DNA of 64,000 nt, from positions 19,952-83,951 of the forward strand of contig CADAZX010000016.1 of assembly GCA_902792515.1 (NCBI GenBank). The letters run 5' to 3'. Below the pieces are notes generated by a model, which was not told the origin of the DNA, did not search any database, and was given only the letters and a program-made list of their open reading frames with translations. The DNA is from an uncultured Ruminococcus sp. (lineage in GTDB: Bacteria; Bacillota; Clostridia; UBA1212). The position numbers and the translations under genes were made by a program. This document shows, piece after piece, positions 54,001 through 63,109 of the stretch (positions are counted from its first letter, which is position 1; each line of letters opens with the position of its first letter).

Positions 54001-55532
54001 AACTCGTCGAATTTCTTCAAAAACAGCGTCGGTTTCGCGTTGCGGAAGCCGTAAATGCTCTGCTTAACGTCTCCCACCATGACCTGGTTGTACTCGCCGG
54101 CCGGGTTGCCGGAGATCAGGTAGAGCGCCGTCTCCTGAATCATATTCGTGTCCTGGTATTCGTCAATAAGAATCTCGGTGTATTTTTTTCTGTATGCCTT
54201 CGCAATGTCCGACGGCTCGGCACCCTGCGTCACACCGTTTAAGATTTCCCCTTTATTTAGGAGTTTTAGCGCTATGTGCGCGATCTGCGAAAATGAGAAA
54301 ACGCCTCTTCGCCGGCACGTCTCGTCGGCCTTTTCCAGAATCTCCTTTGTAATCTTGGCGATAGTCTCGATGTATTCCCGCATCGCGCCGATTCCGTCCA
54401 GAAAAATCTTCTGCCTCCACTCGGGAGACCGTTCCGCCGGTTTTAGTTTTTCGTTGCTGCAGATTGCATTGGTGACAAACTTTAAGGCATCTTCGGCCGC
54501 TTCCTTTGCATTTTCTCTGTATCCCTTGATTATTTCGTAAACCGGTACGCAGACTTCGCCCCCTTTCATTTTTTTGGGGCTTACAATGCTGTGAAATTTT
54601 ACAAAGTCTCCGCCGATCTCAAAAAGCACCGGTATCTCCCCGTCGTCCTGCGTTACCTTATCCAGGCATTTTTGAATCCGTTCGCAGTCCTCTTCCAGCT
54701 GATTCAGACATTTTTCGCGGTATACCGGCAGTTCGTTAGTTACATATCTATCGGCAAACTCATAAAGCGCATCAAGATGCTCTTTAATATCGCGCAAATT
54801 TCCCGAAAGGTCCTCTTTCAAAATCCGGTACCAGTAATTATCGCGAACGTCCGTTCCGGTGTCGAACTTTTCCTTGAGAGAGTCGAGCCACGCCTCCGGA
54901 TTAGGAAGGTTTTCGCAAAAATCAACAATCTTTCCGAAAAGGCTTTTTTTCAGGTCGTCATCCCCCTGGAGGGTTGCGTAAACGTCCGCGAGCCTGTTCA
55001 TGATTTCCGCCTCGGAGGGGTCACCGTAGTATTCTTCAAGAACCGCGTCGGTCGCCTCGGAAATGATCCGCGACACTTCGTCGTTGTCGATTTTGAACGT
55101 CGGGTTCACGTCCGCGTCCGCAAAATGCTCCCTGACGACCTTCAGCATAAACGAGTCGATCGTTCCGATCGTCGCGTGCGGAACAAGCATCTTTTCCTTA
55201 AAAAGCTTGCCCGCTCTCGCGCTGTCTCCGGCTCTGAGAGCCTCCTCCGCCTTCTCGCCCAGCGCTTTCGAGATTTTTTCGCGAAGCTCGCTCGCGGCCG
55301 CCTCCGTAAATGTGACGACCATGAACGAATCGATATGCCTGTCGTCCGGCAGAGCTTCCGTTCGCGCGACAATTCTCTCGACAAGCGTCCTGGTTTTGCC
55401 TGACCCGGCAGACGCCGAAAGAAGCAAGTTCCTTGCGGGACCGTTAAATCCGTGCGCGGTAAACTCCCTCGCCTCTGCGTCCTCTTCCGCTATTATCATG
55501 TCTTTGGTAAAGTCAACAGCTGTGTCGCCCAT
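51066..55532 (-). CDS. UvrD/PcrA-type helicase fused to a RecB-family nuclease (AddA-like) with long low-complexity insertions.
   Basis: Start re-set to the ATG at 55532 with a GGAGG RBS. LLLSASAGSGKTRTLVERIV is the Walker A. ILIDEYQDTN present. The C-terminal IQGVIDLYYR...VIVDFKTD is the PD-(D/E)XK motif. Confidence 0.8.
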   Translation of the reverse strand: MGDTAVDFTKDMIIAEEDAEAREFTAHGFNGPARNLLLSASAGSGKTRTLVERIVARTEALPDDRHIDSFMVVTFTEAAASELREKISKALGEKAEEALRAGDSARAGKLFKEKMLVPHATIGTIDSFMLKVVREHFADADVNPTFKIDNDEVSRIISEATDAVLEEYYGDPSEAEIMNRLADVYATLQGDDDLKKSLFGKIVDFCENLPNPEAWLDSLKEKFDTGTDVRDNYWYRILKEDLSGNLRDIKEHLDALYEFADRYVTNELPVYREKCLNQLEEDCERIQKCLDKVTQDDGEIPVLFEIGGDFVKFHSIVSPKKMKGGEVCVPVYEIIKGYRENAKEAAEDALKFVTNAICSNEKLKPAERSPEWRQKIFLDGIGAMREYIETIAKITKEILEKADETCRRRGVFSFSQIAHIALKLLNKGEILNGVTQGAEPSDIAKAYRKKYTEILIDEYQDTNMIQETALYLISGNPAGEYNQVMVGDVKQSIYGFRNAKPTLFLKKFDEFGKVDADGNPVNDGVLKILSKNYRSRKTILDAVNAVFCRTMTRATADIDYEKDRHKLIFPEDDKKYKTEDDVKCELCYVTKPAKNKAAEKGAAGDAGGSGSSVSEDGAGGEGKTESEGTGGEPGEKKELKYIELEALAVAGKILELMKSGLTLHDYDYGKDKPVETRLRYGDICILAGKNDELKKTRRMLRMLGFPTESDGSRLFFECEEVVDVINLLRVADNPRNDIPLATLLLSKMFGFDEEDLAILKNEAGKRGVNKKSEKSDFWDTVLAAGKATAGAGNMTPVDSKTEKVLSRAVEAVEKINKLRDFSEKVNVSQFVWEAVNFSGYYARCDEEAKGNLRMLLEMSRPYDSGTNSGLHGFVTFLENTYEREKSKNENQKMRSYAVPSIEPDRIKFMTVHKSKGLQFPVVFFVGTKSSKSDKNDKSPKCDEEDGIALPFAIGVDTEPGENGSNGNGDVKSGFRYILNPAPKNIIGKKNAAYERKELQRKIYVALTRAKERLYVTGCPTQGGEGKPAPWTEMDNIGAEPLVSTLKVKTAGCPFDLIWPAVANAEGRKYWNTTVECPEEKDIPALKEAVAALREAENGTVPGSGSGSGQASVHDGGKSVETSREICGETGGLPEFPQGGSDSEQPDLQHDTAVETVVRALEIADNGSLPKKISVSELKRFAENDDGTVVFGRSPAVVKARKLPEISDPDVDGDGETEPVLNGEEAAKEAAEEASAAIGPEAAGAAKANGKAGKPAPPEKLRGAEFGTLMHKCARILIEDRRNWPVKDAAGEEPLNGASTRMAPDPAAVPEYVKSTLDKLYNEGVLDDREYFSADAGMLSGFILSGRGAEVYRAANVRCEVPFTYFADVGKYRRQAEAVLAEAGEPEKADNTENGAGNVEVSLKNNLKEQKKIAIQGVIDLYYRIGDRLVIVDFKTDSGKVPEGIPLINSYKLQLRCYRDAVRDISGHDADECVLYFLRSGGEYRVEMN

Positions 55533-55752
55533 AAGCCCTCCGGTGCACTCCCCCGAACTCTTCGCGCAGGCTGATTTTCCCTTAATCAAGGTAAAAACGT
55601 CAAGTCTTCCTCACGCCCCTGATCAAGTCCGCGTGTGCATTTCCGTCATGTTTACCTACAAACCTCTGCCCGGGTATAATACCCGTTCGCAGAGGTCCGT
55701 TTTTACTGTGAATAAACTGCTTGTTCGTCCCTCCCGGAACAATTTGCGGCCC

Positions 55753-55828
55753 GTTTGCCGCAAGATAGAGCGTTTGCCGCAAGATAGAGCGTATGCCGCA
55801 AGTCAGCGCGGTTGCCGTATGTTTGCGC
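55753..55828. repeat. 19-bp tandem repeat, 4 units, two of them identical.
   Basis: GTTTGCCGCAAGATAGAGC occurs twice, followed by GTATGCCGCAAGTCAGCGC and GGTTGCCGTATGTTTGCGC. Each unit contains the small palindrome TTGCCGCAA. Confidence 0.75.
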
Positions 55829-55851
55829 AAGTTTGCAGCCGTCTTTTTAAG

Positions 55852-56925
55852 TTACTCTTCGCGTGATCCCACAAACTTGAGCTCCTCGAAAAAGCCGTTC
55901 GCCTCGAGCTTCTTTTCCGCCTGAATTCTGATCTGCGAAATTCTCTGTCTCGCCAGCCCGAATTCTCTCGCGAGCTCACCGAGCGTCTGCTTCGGCTCAC
56001 CCATCAGGCCGTAGTAACCCGTGATGATCTTTCTCTCCCGCGCGTCAAGTTCGCGAAAATGACGCTCAATGATTTCCTCCGCGTCTTCCGCCGCCTTGCT
56101 GTCCCGCTCGCCCGCGATCCTGTCTACAAGAAGCGTCTCGCCGTCGTCGCCGACCGTCGTGTCAAGAGGAACGTACTGCACCGCCTGGTGGATCAAAAGC
56201 GTAGTCACGAGCGCTTCCTTAATGCCGACTTCCTCGGCGATTTGCTTTCTGGTCGGCCGCCTCCCCGTCTCGCGGTAAATTTTCTCGGCGGCCTCGTTGA
56301 TCCTCGCCAGCGTAAGGTGCATGCTCTCCGGCAGCTTGATCGGGTCGGCCGCCTCGTAAATCGCGCGCCTCATCGACTTTTTGATATCATACGCCGCGAA
56401 CGTCGCAAACCTGATCCCGCGCTCCGGGTCGAACTTCAGAATCGCGTTCCTGAGGCCCTCGTTTCCGGCAGCGACAAGATCCTCGACCGCAAGTCCTCTT
56501 TTCCTGAACTTTTTATACGCAATCGAAATCACGAGCCGCTGGTTGGAGTTTATCATGAGCTCCATTGCCTCGCGGTCGCCGTTCCGGATCCTTCTCGCCA
56601 GCTCGACTTCCTCTTCTCGCGTAAGCACGCTGAACCTCAGAACGTCGCGCAGGTATATAGCCATAACGTCCTCGGAGCTGTCGACGACCACCGCGGTCCC
56701 GATCGAGGGGGCGTTTTTGCCCTCATGCTCCTCGAGCATCCCCATGATTTCTTCATTCGTCGCGTAATCGTCGTCACCGAAAAGGTCGCTGTCCGTGTCG
56801 CCGTCGCGGACGTCGCCTCCCCTCAATCCGAGGTCGTCTCCGTCCGCTCCGGCCGTTTCCCCAATGCCAATGTCATCCGTTACGTAATATTCATTTTTCT
56901 TTCCGACGGTTTTTCCGGCCTTCAT
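55852..56925 (-). CDS. Sigma-70-family RNA polymerase sigma factor, divergent and probably not the primary sigma.
   Basis: Regions 2-4 are recognisable (REEEVELARRIRNGDREAMELMINSNQRLVISIAYKKF; TLGELAREFGLARQRISQIRIQAEKKL). Regions 2.3/2.4 differ from the SigA consensus. Confidence 0.75.
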   Translation of the reverse strand: MKAGKTVGKKNEYYVTDDIGIGETAGADGDDLGLRGGDVRDGDTDSDLFGDDDYATNEEIMGMLEEHEGKNAPSIGTAVVVDSSEDVMAIYLRDVLRFSVLTREEEVELARRIRNGDREAMELMINSNQRLVISIAYKKFRKRGLAVEDLVAAGNEGLRNAILKFDPERGIRFATFAAYDIKKSMRRAIYEAADPIKLPESMHLTLARINEAAEKIYRETGRRPTRKQIAEEVGIKEALVTTLLIHQAVQYVPLDTTVGDDGETLLVDRIAGERDSKAAEDAEEIIERHFRELDARERKIITGYYGLMGEPKQTLGELAREFGLARQRISQIRIQAEKKLEANGFFEELKFVGSREE

Positions 56926-56973
56926 CAGCCTCTCCCTTCGTCAGTAAATCAAAATCATTCGTGCGCAAAAGCG

Positions 56974-58668
56974 TCAATTAGCGGGATTGTTGAGCAGGAA
57001 CGCGCCTGCGGGAATACCCGCGGAGTTGCAGAGGTTGATCTCTTCTCCAAAGAAATAAGTCGTCTTCACGTTGTACGCGATTCCCGCGAGCTTCGTCTTG
57101 GAAGTTACCTCAACGGTATCCTTGCCTTTAATTGTTCCCGTGAGGTCCGCTCCGAGCGTATTCTCCGCGGTAAGTCCCGTGAAGCCCTTGACCGTCTTGG
57201 ATCCGTCAATCGTCTTAAGACCGTCGCCGACGTTTTTGTACTTCAGCGTGACCGTTTTTCCGTCCTTTGAATACGTAGCCGACTCGATGATCGGGCCAGA
57301 TGCGTTATCCATCGTAATACCGCCTTCTCCGTTGACCGCGCACGCGATTTTCGCCGCGCGCAGTGCCTGCTCAAACTTGCAATTAGGATGCAGCGTGTTC
57401 CAGAATTCTCTGTCCGCCCACGCATCGCTGGACTGCACCTGGTAGAACTTGTCCGCCATCGTGACCATTCCGCCCATAATACCGCGGATCTTGCCGACGT
57501 CCATAAACGCCCACGTTCCGGAGAAGCCGGCCGGTCTTGTGTACTGGGTCGGGAATTCGATAAAGTACACCGCAAAGTCCCTGTTCGTGAGGTTGTGCGT
57601 TCCCCTCATGTACTCCATGTAGTCAACGTAGACCTGCGCGTAACGGTTGGCCTCTCTGTCGGAAAGGTCGCTCTCGCCCTGGTACCAAAGAATGCCCGCC
57701 ATAGCCATTTTCTCGAACGCGAACATATACTCATTGTACAGGAAACGTCCCCAGTTGGCGTTGACGCCCGTCGTAACGTAGTATCCTTTAGCCGTGTTGA
57801 ACGCGTCCGTGTGGTATTTTTCGGCAATCGCGTTGGGAACGAACGCTCCGAGCGGCTGGCCGTTTCCGTCGATCTCGATCATGCCTATAGGAACTTTGTT
57901 CTCGGTAAGTTTGGCGTAGTTCCACGCGAAAAGATATCCGATGGCGGAAAAACTGCTCACGACAGATCTCTTCGCGATCTTCCAGACGTTCTTTCCCTTG
58001 ACCTCTTTTGCCACCTCTTCGGTTCCGCGCTTGATGCCGTTTGTTATATTCTGCGTGTTGTAGCACACGCGGATAGGCATATCCGGATCGACGTCGTCCT
58101 TGGTACACTTCAGCTGGTCCTCTTCGGACTTAGTGAGGTAATCCCAGTGTGTCTGCATGCCGTAAGCGCAGTTTGACTGTCCTATAACCATATACACGTC
58201 GCCGACAAGTACGTCTTTAAACACAACTTCTGTCTTATCCGTATAAATGCGCATCGAATTGCCCATGTCCGCACAGGCGTCGAGTTTCGCACCGAAAGTC
58301 ATTACCCACTCGCCGTTCTCGACAACCGCCTCGGCGTAAAGGTCCATAAACTCGCCGGAAATCTTCTTCCCGTTCTCGCTCTCCGCGGCCCAGCCCCATA
58401 CGCGGAAACGTTCGTTTCTCTGTATGACCATGTTGTTCGAAAAAACTCTGGAAACCGTAAACTCTTCGGCATAGGGAAGGTCAAGCGGCTCGGCTCTCTT
58501 TATATCCGGGTCGGGGTCTTCCGTAGGCGTCGCCGGCGCGTCTGTCGCGACCTCAGGCGGATTCGTCGGATCAACGACGTTGTCCGGTTTGTTCACGCAT
58601 CCCGACGCGTAAACAAGCATCAGTACCGCAAGAATGAACGCTACCGAAATCTTTAATAACTTTTTCAT
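56974..58668 (-). CDS. Sialate O-acetylesterase-like (SGNH/DUF303-type) lipoprotein.
   Basis: Start re-set to 58668 (MKKLLKISVAFILAVLMLVYASGC lipobox). GDVYMVIGQSNCAYG and GILWYQGESD motifs present. Confidence 0.6.
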   Translation of the reverse strand: MKKLLKISVAFILAVLMLVYASGCVNKPDNVVDPTNPPEVATDAPATPTEDPDPDIKRAEPLDLPYAEEFTVSRVFSNNMVIQRNERFRVWGWAAESENGKKISGEFMDLYAEAVVENGEWVMTFGAKLDACADMGNSMRIYTDKTEVVFKDVLVGDVYMVIGQSNCAYGMQTHWDYLTKSEEDQLKCTKDDVDPDMPIRVCYNTQNITNGIKRGTEEVAKEVKGKNVWKIAKRSVVSSFSAIGYLFAWNYAKLTENKVPIGMIEIDGNGQPLGAFVPNAIAEKYHTDAFNTAKGYYVTTGVNANWGRFLYNEYMFAFEKMAMAGILWYQGESDLSDREANRYAQVYVDYMEYMRGTHNLTNRDFAVYFIEFPTQYTRPAGFSGTWAFMDVGKIRGIMGGMVTMADKFYQVQSSDAWADREFWNTLHPNCKFEQALRAAKIACAVNGEGGITMDNASGPIIESATYSKDGKTVTLKYKNVGDGLKTIDGSKTVKGFTGLTAENTLGADLTGTIKGKDTVEVTSKTKLAGIAYNVKTTYFFGEEINLCNSAGIPAGAFLLNNPAN

Positions 58669-59141
58669 AGCAAAACCTCCTCTTTCAAAAGGCATTTTCA
58701 AATAAGCAGCGAATTGACGCAATATGCAGTCTGTTTTGGATCAGGAACAAGTCAACTTATGAAATTCCGCGCGCCGGTAGATTTTCGCGCGATTTTGCCG
58801 CGTTTTTATTAATATGCCTATTTTTAGGCGAAAATCTTGGCAGTTCAAATCTGCGTCCGTCTTCCGTTTCGCGAAAATTTCACAAGCCTGCGCCTTCGTC
58901 AATTGTACCGCCTCGGCGCCGATTTTTCAAGCGCTATTTTATTTTCCGCGAAATTCTTTTTTCCCGGAAATACCCGTCCGCCGGGAAATATTTTTCTCCC
59001 GGATTTTGTGCGATTGGGGCCCTTCCGGCACTTGACGGCGGGGGCGGTTCGTGGTATGCTACCGGTAGAAAACACCGGCAGGCCGGCTGTGAAAACCGGC
59101 GCGGCTCGCCTAATATTTTAACTATAAGAGAGGAAAAATCC

Positions 59142-61847
59142 ATGGAACGTTCTTTAACCTTCCGAAATCCGGCAGGCGCCAAATCGCCGGCTAAACTCAA
59201 AAACCGTACAACTCTGCTCCGCGCGGCTGTTTTCGCAGTCGTTTTATGCGTTCTGGGGTCGTTTGTTTCGCTCCCGGGTCGTGACGCGCGCGCGGCTAAC
59301 GAGGCTGCCGGCCCAACTCCGACACGCGTGATTTTTGAAGAGAATTTCGACAGCGTTCCCGACGGGAAGCTTCCGGAAGGCTGGTCGACCAACGTTACAA
59401 ATTCCACTTTCAGCGCGGGCGTTCAGGAAGGCCGTCTGGTCATTTCCTCAACCAACATCGAACTCGGCAAGGTTCTCCTTCCCGACTCCGTTAGCACTTA
59501 CGGAAACTACATTGTCGAAGCCGACGTCACGTTCGAATCCACCAGAAACGGCGACAAGGCGCGCTGGATGTCGATCGTCGTCCGCCAGCAGTCCGAAGAC
59601 GAAAAGTTCTATCATATGTGCGTCCGCTGCAACACGACCGCGTCGAACGGTGTCGAATTCGCCGCCCGCAACCCGGGAAGTTGGAACGTTTTCACCACCG
59701 CCTCCGCGAAAAGCGCGATCGGTTTGTCGAATACCGCCCACATTAAAATGGCCGTTTACGGCGACAATGTTTTTGAATATGTCAACGACGATTTAGTGCT
59801 GTTCTCCGATGCCTTAAGTTCAAACCGCGCGACCCATAAAGCCGGAGGAATCGGATTTATCGCGAATCACTCCGTTATTACGGTCGACAACGTCAAGGTT
59901 TCCGAGTGCGAGTACACACCTGACAAAACCGCGGGCGACAAGTATTACATGAATTACAATCTTCTCGACACGCCCGTTATTTCCTCCGCCGCCACGATCG
60001 CAGAGCCCTCATCGCTTTCCGAGATCGACGCGTTTCTCGCGATGAAAAAGGGGCCCGACAATATAATTCTTCACGTCAACGGCTCCGGTAAAATCGTCTC
60101 CCCCGACGGCGCGACCGTGCTTGGCACCCTCGAGGAAATCTACTCGAAAATCGAGCGCGAAATGGTGCCCGTTTTCTACGTAAAGGACTCCGCCGCCTGC
60201 GAAGCTCTCAATTCATTCTTGAAATCCAATAAGATTTTCGACTGCCTGCTGCTCTCCGACAGCCCGGACCTTGTGGCGACACTCCGTGAAACGAGAAAAC
60301 GCTCCGGCGGCGTTCTGGATTTCTCCTCTCTGAACGAAAAAAACGCCTCTTCCGAGACGCTCGACCGTATCATTTCCGAGGCAAATTCCAACTCCGCGAA
60401 AACCGTTATTATTTCCGAGAATCTGACAGATAAAGCGGGCGTCGAATACATGCAGCACCGCCTCATCACCGTCTGGGTCCGCGAAACTGCCTCCGCCAAC
60501 GACGACGCCATGCTCCACAACGCCATCCAGAGCGGCGCAAACGGCATCATCACCGATACCCCCGAAAAGCTTATTTCCGCTTACGGCTTCTATGGTTCGG
60601 AAACCGCCGTTCTTGTCAGAAACCCGCTTGTCATCGGCCACCGCGGTCTACCCTCCCTCGCCCCCGAAAACAGTCTTGAAAGCGCGCGCGAAGCCGTTGC
60701 TGCCGGAATCGACTGCATCGAGCTCGACGTCTACCTCTCATCGGACGGCGAAGTTTTCATCTACCACGACGGCGACCTCGGTACCATGACCACCGGAAGC
60801 GGCTCCATCAACAGCCACACCGCCGCCGAAATCAAATCCTACGACCTGCTCCGCTCGAGCGGCTACGGCACCTTCAAAAAATACCCCAAAGTCAAGATCC
60901 CGATGCTCCGCGAGTTTTTCGAAGCCTTCAAAAAAGATGACGTCATGTTCTTCATCGAGATCAAAGAAGACTCGGAAATCTACGCCAAAGTCGCCGACCT
61001 TGTCAACAAGTACAACATGAACAACCGCTGCTGCATGATCACTTTTAATTCTAATCAGATCAGCAAGTTCAAAACCGCTATGCCCGGCATGTCCGAAGGC
61101 CAGCTTATGGGCTCCCCGAACGACTCCGTCATCGCGACCCGCATCAACAAAACCATTCAGCAGGTCTCCCCGCTCAACGCGACCTTCAACGCGAGCGGCG
61201 TCTACGGCGACCGCTTCATTCGCGGCCTCATGTACCGCGGCGTCACCGCCTGGCCCTGGACCTACGGCTTCTCGACCACGGCCGATGCCTACCTGCTCGG
61301 CGTCGGCGGCATCACCACCGATACCGGTCATCTTCTCTCCAACGTCCCGACCCGCATCGAAATCGGCGGCAAGTACGAATACACCCTCAACCCGACCGGC
61401 TCCGGAACGTCCTCAGTCGAATTCTTCCCGACCGTCTACGACCGCCTCGGCGTCCACAAAACCGACGGCCGCTTCGACGACGACTCTGAAATTCCCGACC
61501 CCGAATTCGTCATCATCGACGGCGCCGACCACGTCTCCGTCTCCGGAAACAAAATCACCGCGGTCAGCGACGGCACCGCCCACCTGATGTACCGCCTTCT
61601 CACCTCGGTCACCCCCGGCACCGCCCCGACCCCGGAAACGGAATTTGCCCTCTACTCGCAGGTCATCACCATCAACGTCAATTCCACCGCGGAAGAGGAA
61701 TCCGACCTGCCCAAACCGCCGGTTGAAAAGAACTCGTTTTTCTCCAACCCCGGCTCGGTCATCGCAGCCTGCGTAGCGCTCGCCTTAATCCTCACTGCCG
61801 CCGGTGTGTTGATCGGCATAGCTGTGAAAAAACGTAAAAACAAGTAA
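59142..61847 (+). CDS. Glycerophosphodiester phosphodiesterase-family protein with an N-terminal LamG/DUF1080-like domain and a C-terminal TM anchor.
   Basis: VIGHRGLPSLAPENSLESAREAVAAGIDCIELDVYLSSDGEVFIYHD is the GDPD signature. Signal peptide present. C-terminus VIAACVALALILTAAGVLIGIAVKKRKNK. Confidence 0.75.
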   Translation: MERSLTFRNPAGAKSPAKLKNRTTLLRAAVFAVVLCVLGSFVSLPGRDARAANEAAGPTPTRVIFEENFDSVPDGKLPEGWSTNVTNSTFSAGVQEGRLVISSTNIELGKVLLPDSVSTYGNYIVEADVTFESTRNGDKARWMSIVVRQQSEDEKFYHMCVRCNTTASNGVEFAARNPGSWNVFTTASAKSAIGLSNTAHIKMAVYGDNVFEYVNDDLVLFSDALSSNRATHKAGGIGFIANHSVITVDNVKVSECEYTPDKTAGDKYYMNYNLLDTPVISSAATIAEPSSLSEIDAFLAMKKGPDNIILHVNGSGKIVSPDGATVLGTLEEIYSKIEREMVPVFYVKDSAACEALNSFLKSNKIFDCLLLSDSPDLVATLRETRKRSGGVLDFSSLNEKNASSETLDRIISEANSNSAKTVIISENLTDKAGVEYMQHRLITVWVRETASANDDAMLHNAIQSGANGIITDTPEKLISAYGFYGSETAVLVRNPLVIGHRGLPSLAPENSLESAREAVAAGIDCIELDVYLSSDGEVFIYHDGDLGTMTTGSGSINSHTAAEIKSYDLLRSSGYGTFKKYPKVKIPMLREFFEAFKKDDVMFFIEIKEDSEIYAKVADLVNKYNMNNRCCMITFNSNQISKFKTAMPGMSEGQLMGSPNDSVIATRINKTIQQVSPLNATFNASGVYGDRFIRGLMYRGVTAWPWTYGFSTTADAYLLGVGGITTDTGHLLSNVPTRIEIGGKYEYTLNPTGSGTSSVEFFPTVYDRLGVHKTDGRFDDDSEIPDPEFVIIDGADHVSVSGNKITAVSDGTAHLMYRLLTSVTPGTAPTPETEFALYSQVITINVNSTAEEESDLPKPPVEKNSFFSNPGSVIAACVALALILTAAGVLIGIAVKKRKNK

Positions 61848-61876
61848 ATTTTAGAGAAATGTCTGATTATTAAGCA

Positions 61877-61914
61877 AAACGGTGGGTTTCTGTTGGAAAA
61901 TCCACCGTTTTTTT
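61877..61914 (+). terminator. Intrinsic terminator of the GDPD gene.
   Basis: AAACGGTGG-16 nt loop-CCACCGTTT followed by TTTT. The loop and right arm resemble a unit of the adjacent array. Confidence 0.7.
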
Positions 61915-61950
61915 CGGAAATTTGATGTTTTTCTGCTGTAGCGCAGAAGC

Positions 61951-62285
61951 CCGGAGAATCCACTCTTTTTCCGGAGAATTGCCGTTTCTCCGCCGGAAAA
62001 TACACAATCCGGAGAATCCACCGTTTTTCCGGAGAATTGCCGTTTCTCCGCCGGAAAATCCACAACCCGGAGAATCCACTCTTTTTCCGGAGAATTGTCG
62101 TTTCTCCGCCGGAAAATCCACAATCCGGAGAATCCACTCTTTTTCCGGAGAATTGTTGTTTCTCCGCCGGAAAATCCACAACCCGGAAAATCCACTCTTT
62201 TTCCGGAGAATTGCCGTTTCTCCGCCGGAAAACCCACAGCCCGGAGAATCCACTCTTTTTCCGGAGAATTGCCGTTTCTCCGCTC
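61951..62285. repeat. Tandem array, 58-nt period, about 5.8 copies, built from three hairpin-forming sub-units; core GGAGAATCCAC.
   Basis: The unit is CCGGAGAATCCACTCTTTTTCCGGAGAATTGCCGTTTCTCCGCCGGAAAATCCACAA. Copies begin at 61951, 62009, 62067, 62125, 62183 and 62241. The array ends at the Nudix stop codon. Confidence 0.85.
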
Positions 62286-62819
62286 CTAAATCTTCCCTTC
62301 CAGAATTTCCTTCCCGCGTTTAAGTATCGGGACCTCTCTTTGGGCAACTAGCCTGCCGAGCCGCGACCATGAACATTTTTCATACTCGTCGACAGCTTCC
62401 CCGTACGAAAGCTTCAGCGTCGAGAGATGATAGCATTCAACTTCATCCTGAGTCAGATTCTTTTCGCCGAAACCGGTCACCTTGCAAAGGTAATAATTAT
62501 TAATGTTGTGCCGGCGGATCAGGTTGTAAAAATCGCTCACGACCCCGATCCTGCACATAATTTCAACCTCTGCGCCAAGTTCCTCCCTGAGCTCACGCTT
62601 GATAGCCTCGTCGAGATTTTCGCCCGGTTCGACTCCGCCCCCGGACGTTTCGATCAGCGTCGCTTCGTCAAAGTCGTCGTTTCTGACTGCCCTGACAAAA
62701 TAGAAGAAGCCCTCATCGTCAACAACAATCGCGCGAACGATCGTTCTGTCATGGTCGGTTCCCATAAAAGGCCATTCATTGTCATTCAATTCGATATATA
62801 ATTCTGCAGGCTGTTTCAT
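62286..62819 (-). CDS. NUDIX hydrolase.
   Basis: Start re-set to 62819 (MKQPAELYIELN). The Nudix box is GGGVEPGENLDEAIKRELREELG. Confidence 0.85.
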   Translation of the reverse strand: MKQPAELYIELNDNEWPFMGTDHDRTIVRAIVVDDEGFFYFVRAVRNDDFDEATLIETSGGGVEPGENLDEAIKRELREELGAEVEIMCRIGVVSDFYNLIRRHNINNYYLCKVTGFGEKNLTQDEVECYHLSTLKLSYGEAVDEYEKCSWSRLGRLVAQREVPILKRGKEILEGKI

Positions 62820-62919
62820 TTTCCGCTCCTGATAAATAATTCTACCTCTGCGACTTGCACGCCCGCAGCTCCCCGCAGGCACTGAACAAAGCCCTCTGAC
62901 AAAAAGCATCTCAATAGCA

Positions 62920-63109
62920 AAAATCGGCTGATGTTGCGTTTTACTGCTCTGTTGAGATATCCGGTCTCAACTTTATACAAATAAGCCAAGTCACTGTCAA
63001 GCATGACCTGTTTATCACGAAAAACGTATATTAAGCTTTGAATATTGAGGGCATCTGTGCCCTGCTCATTGGTATTCGCGAGAATGAGTTTCGTTTTATC
63101 ATTGCTCAT
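62920..63109 (-). pseudogene. 5' fragment of an ORF6N-domain (phage/mobile-element antirepressor-like) gene.
   Basis: MSNDKTKL...LIYVFRDKQVMLDSDLAYLYKVETGYLNRAVKRNISRF matches the ORF6N N-terminal domain as I recall it. After that the frame runs into unrelated GC-rich sequence. The surrounding DNA is AT-rich. Confidence 0.55.

Noticed and set aside
55852-56925. Calling the sigma factor the primary sigma (rpoD/sigA).
   Set aside because: Regions 2.3/2.4 and 4.2 (FATFAAYDIKKSMRRAIYEA, RQRISQIRIQ) depart from the strongly conserved SigA sequences. It is safer to call it a sigma-70-family factor of unknown group.
61652-62351. Five overlapping ORFs (231, 128, 127, 133 and 104 aa) with repeated peptides across the 58-nt array.
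   Set aside because: Same artefact. Multiple frames on both strands are open only because the repeat unit lacks stop codons, and none has an RBS or signal.
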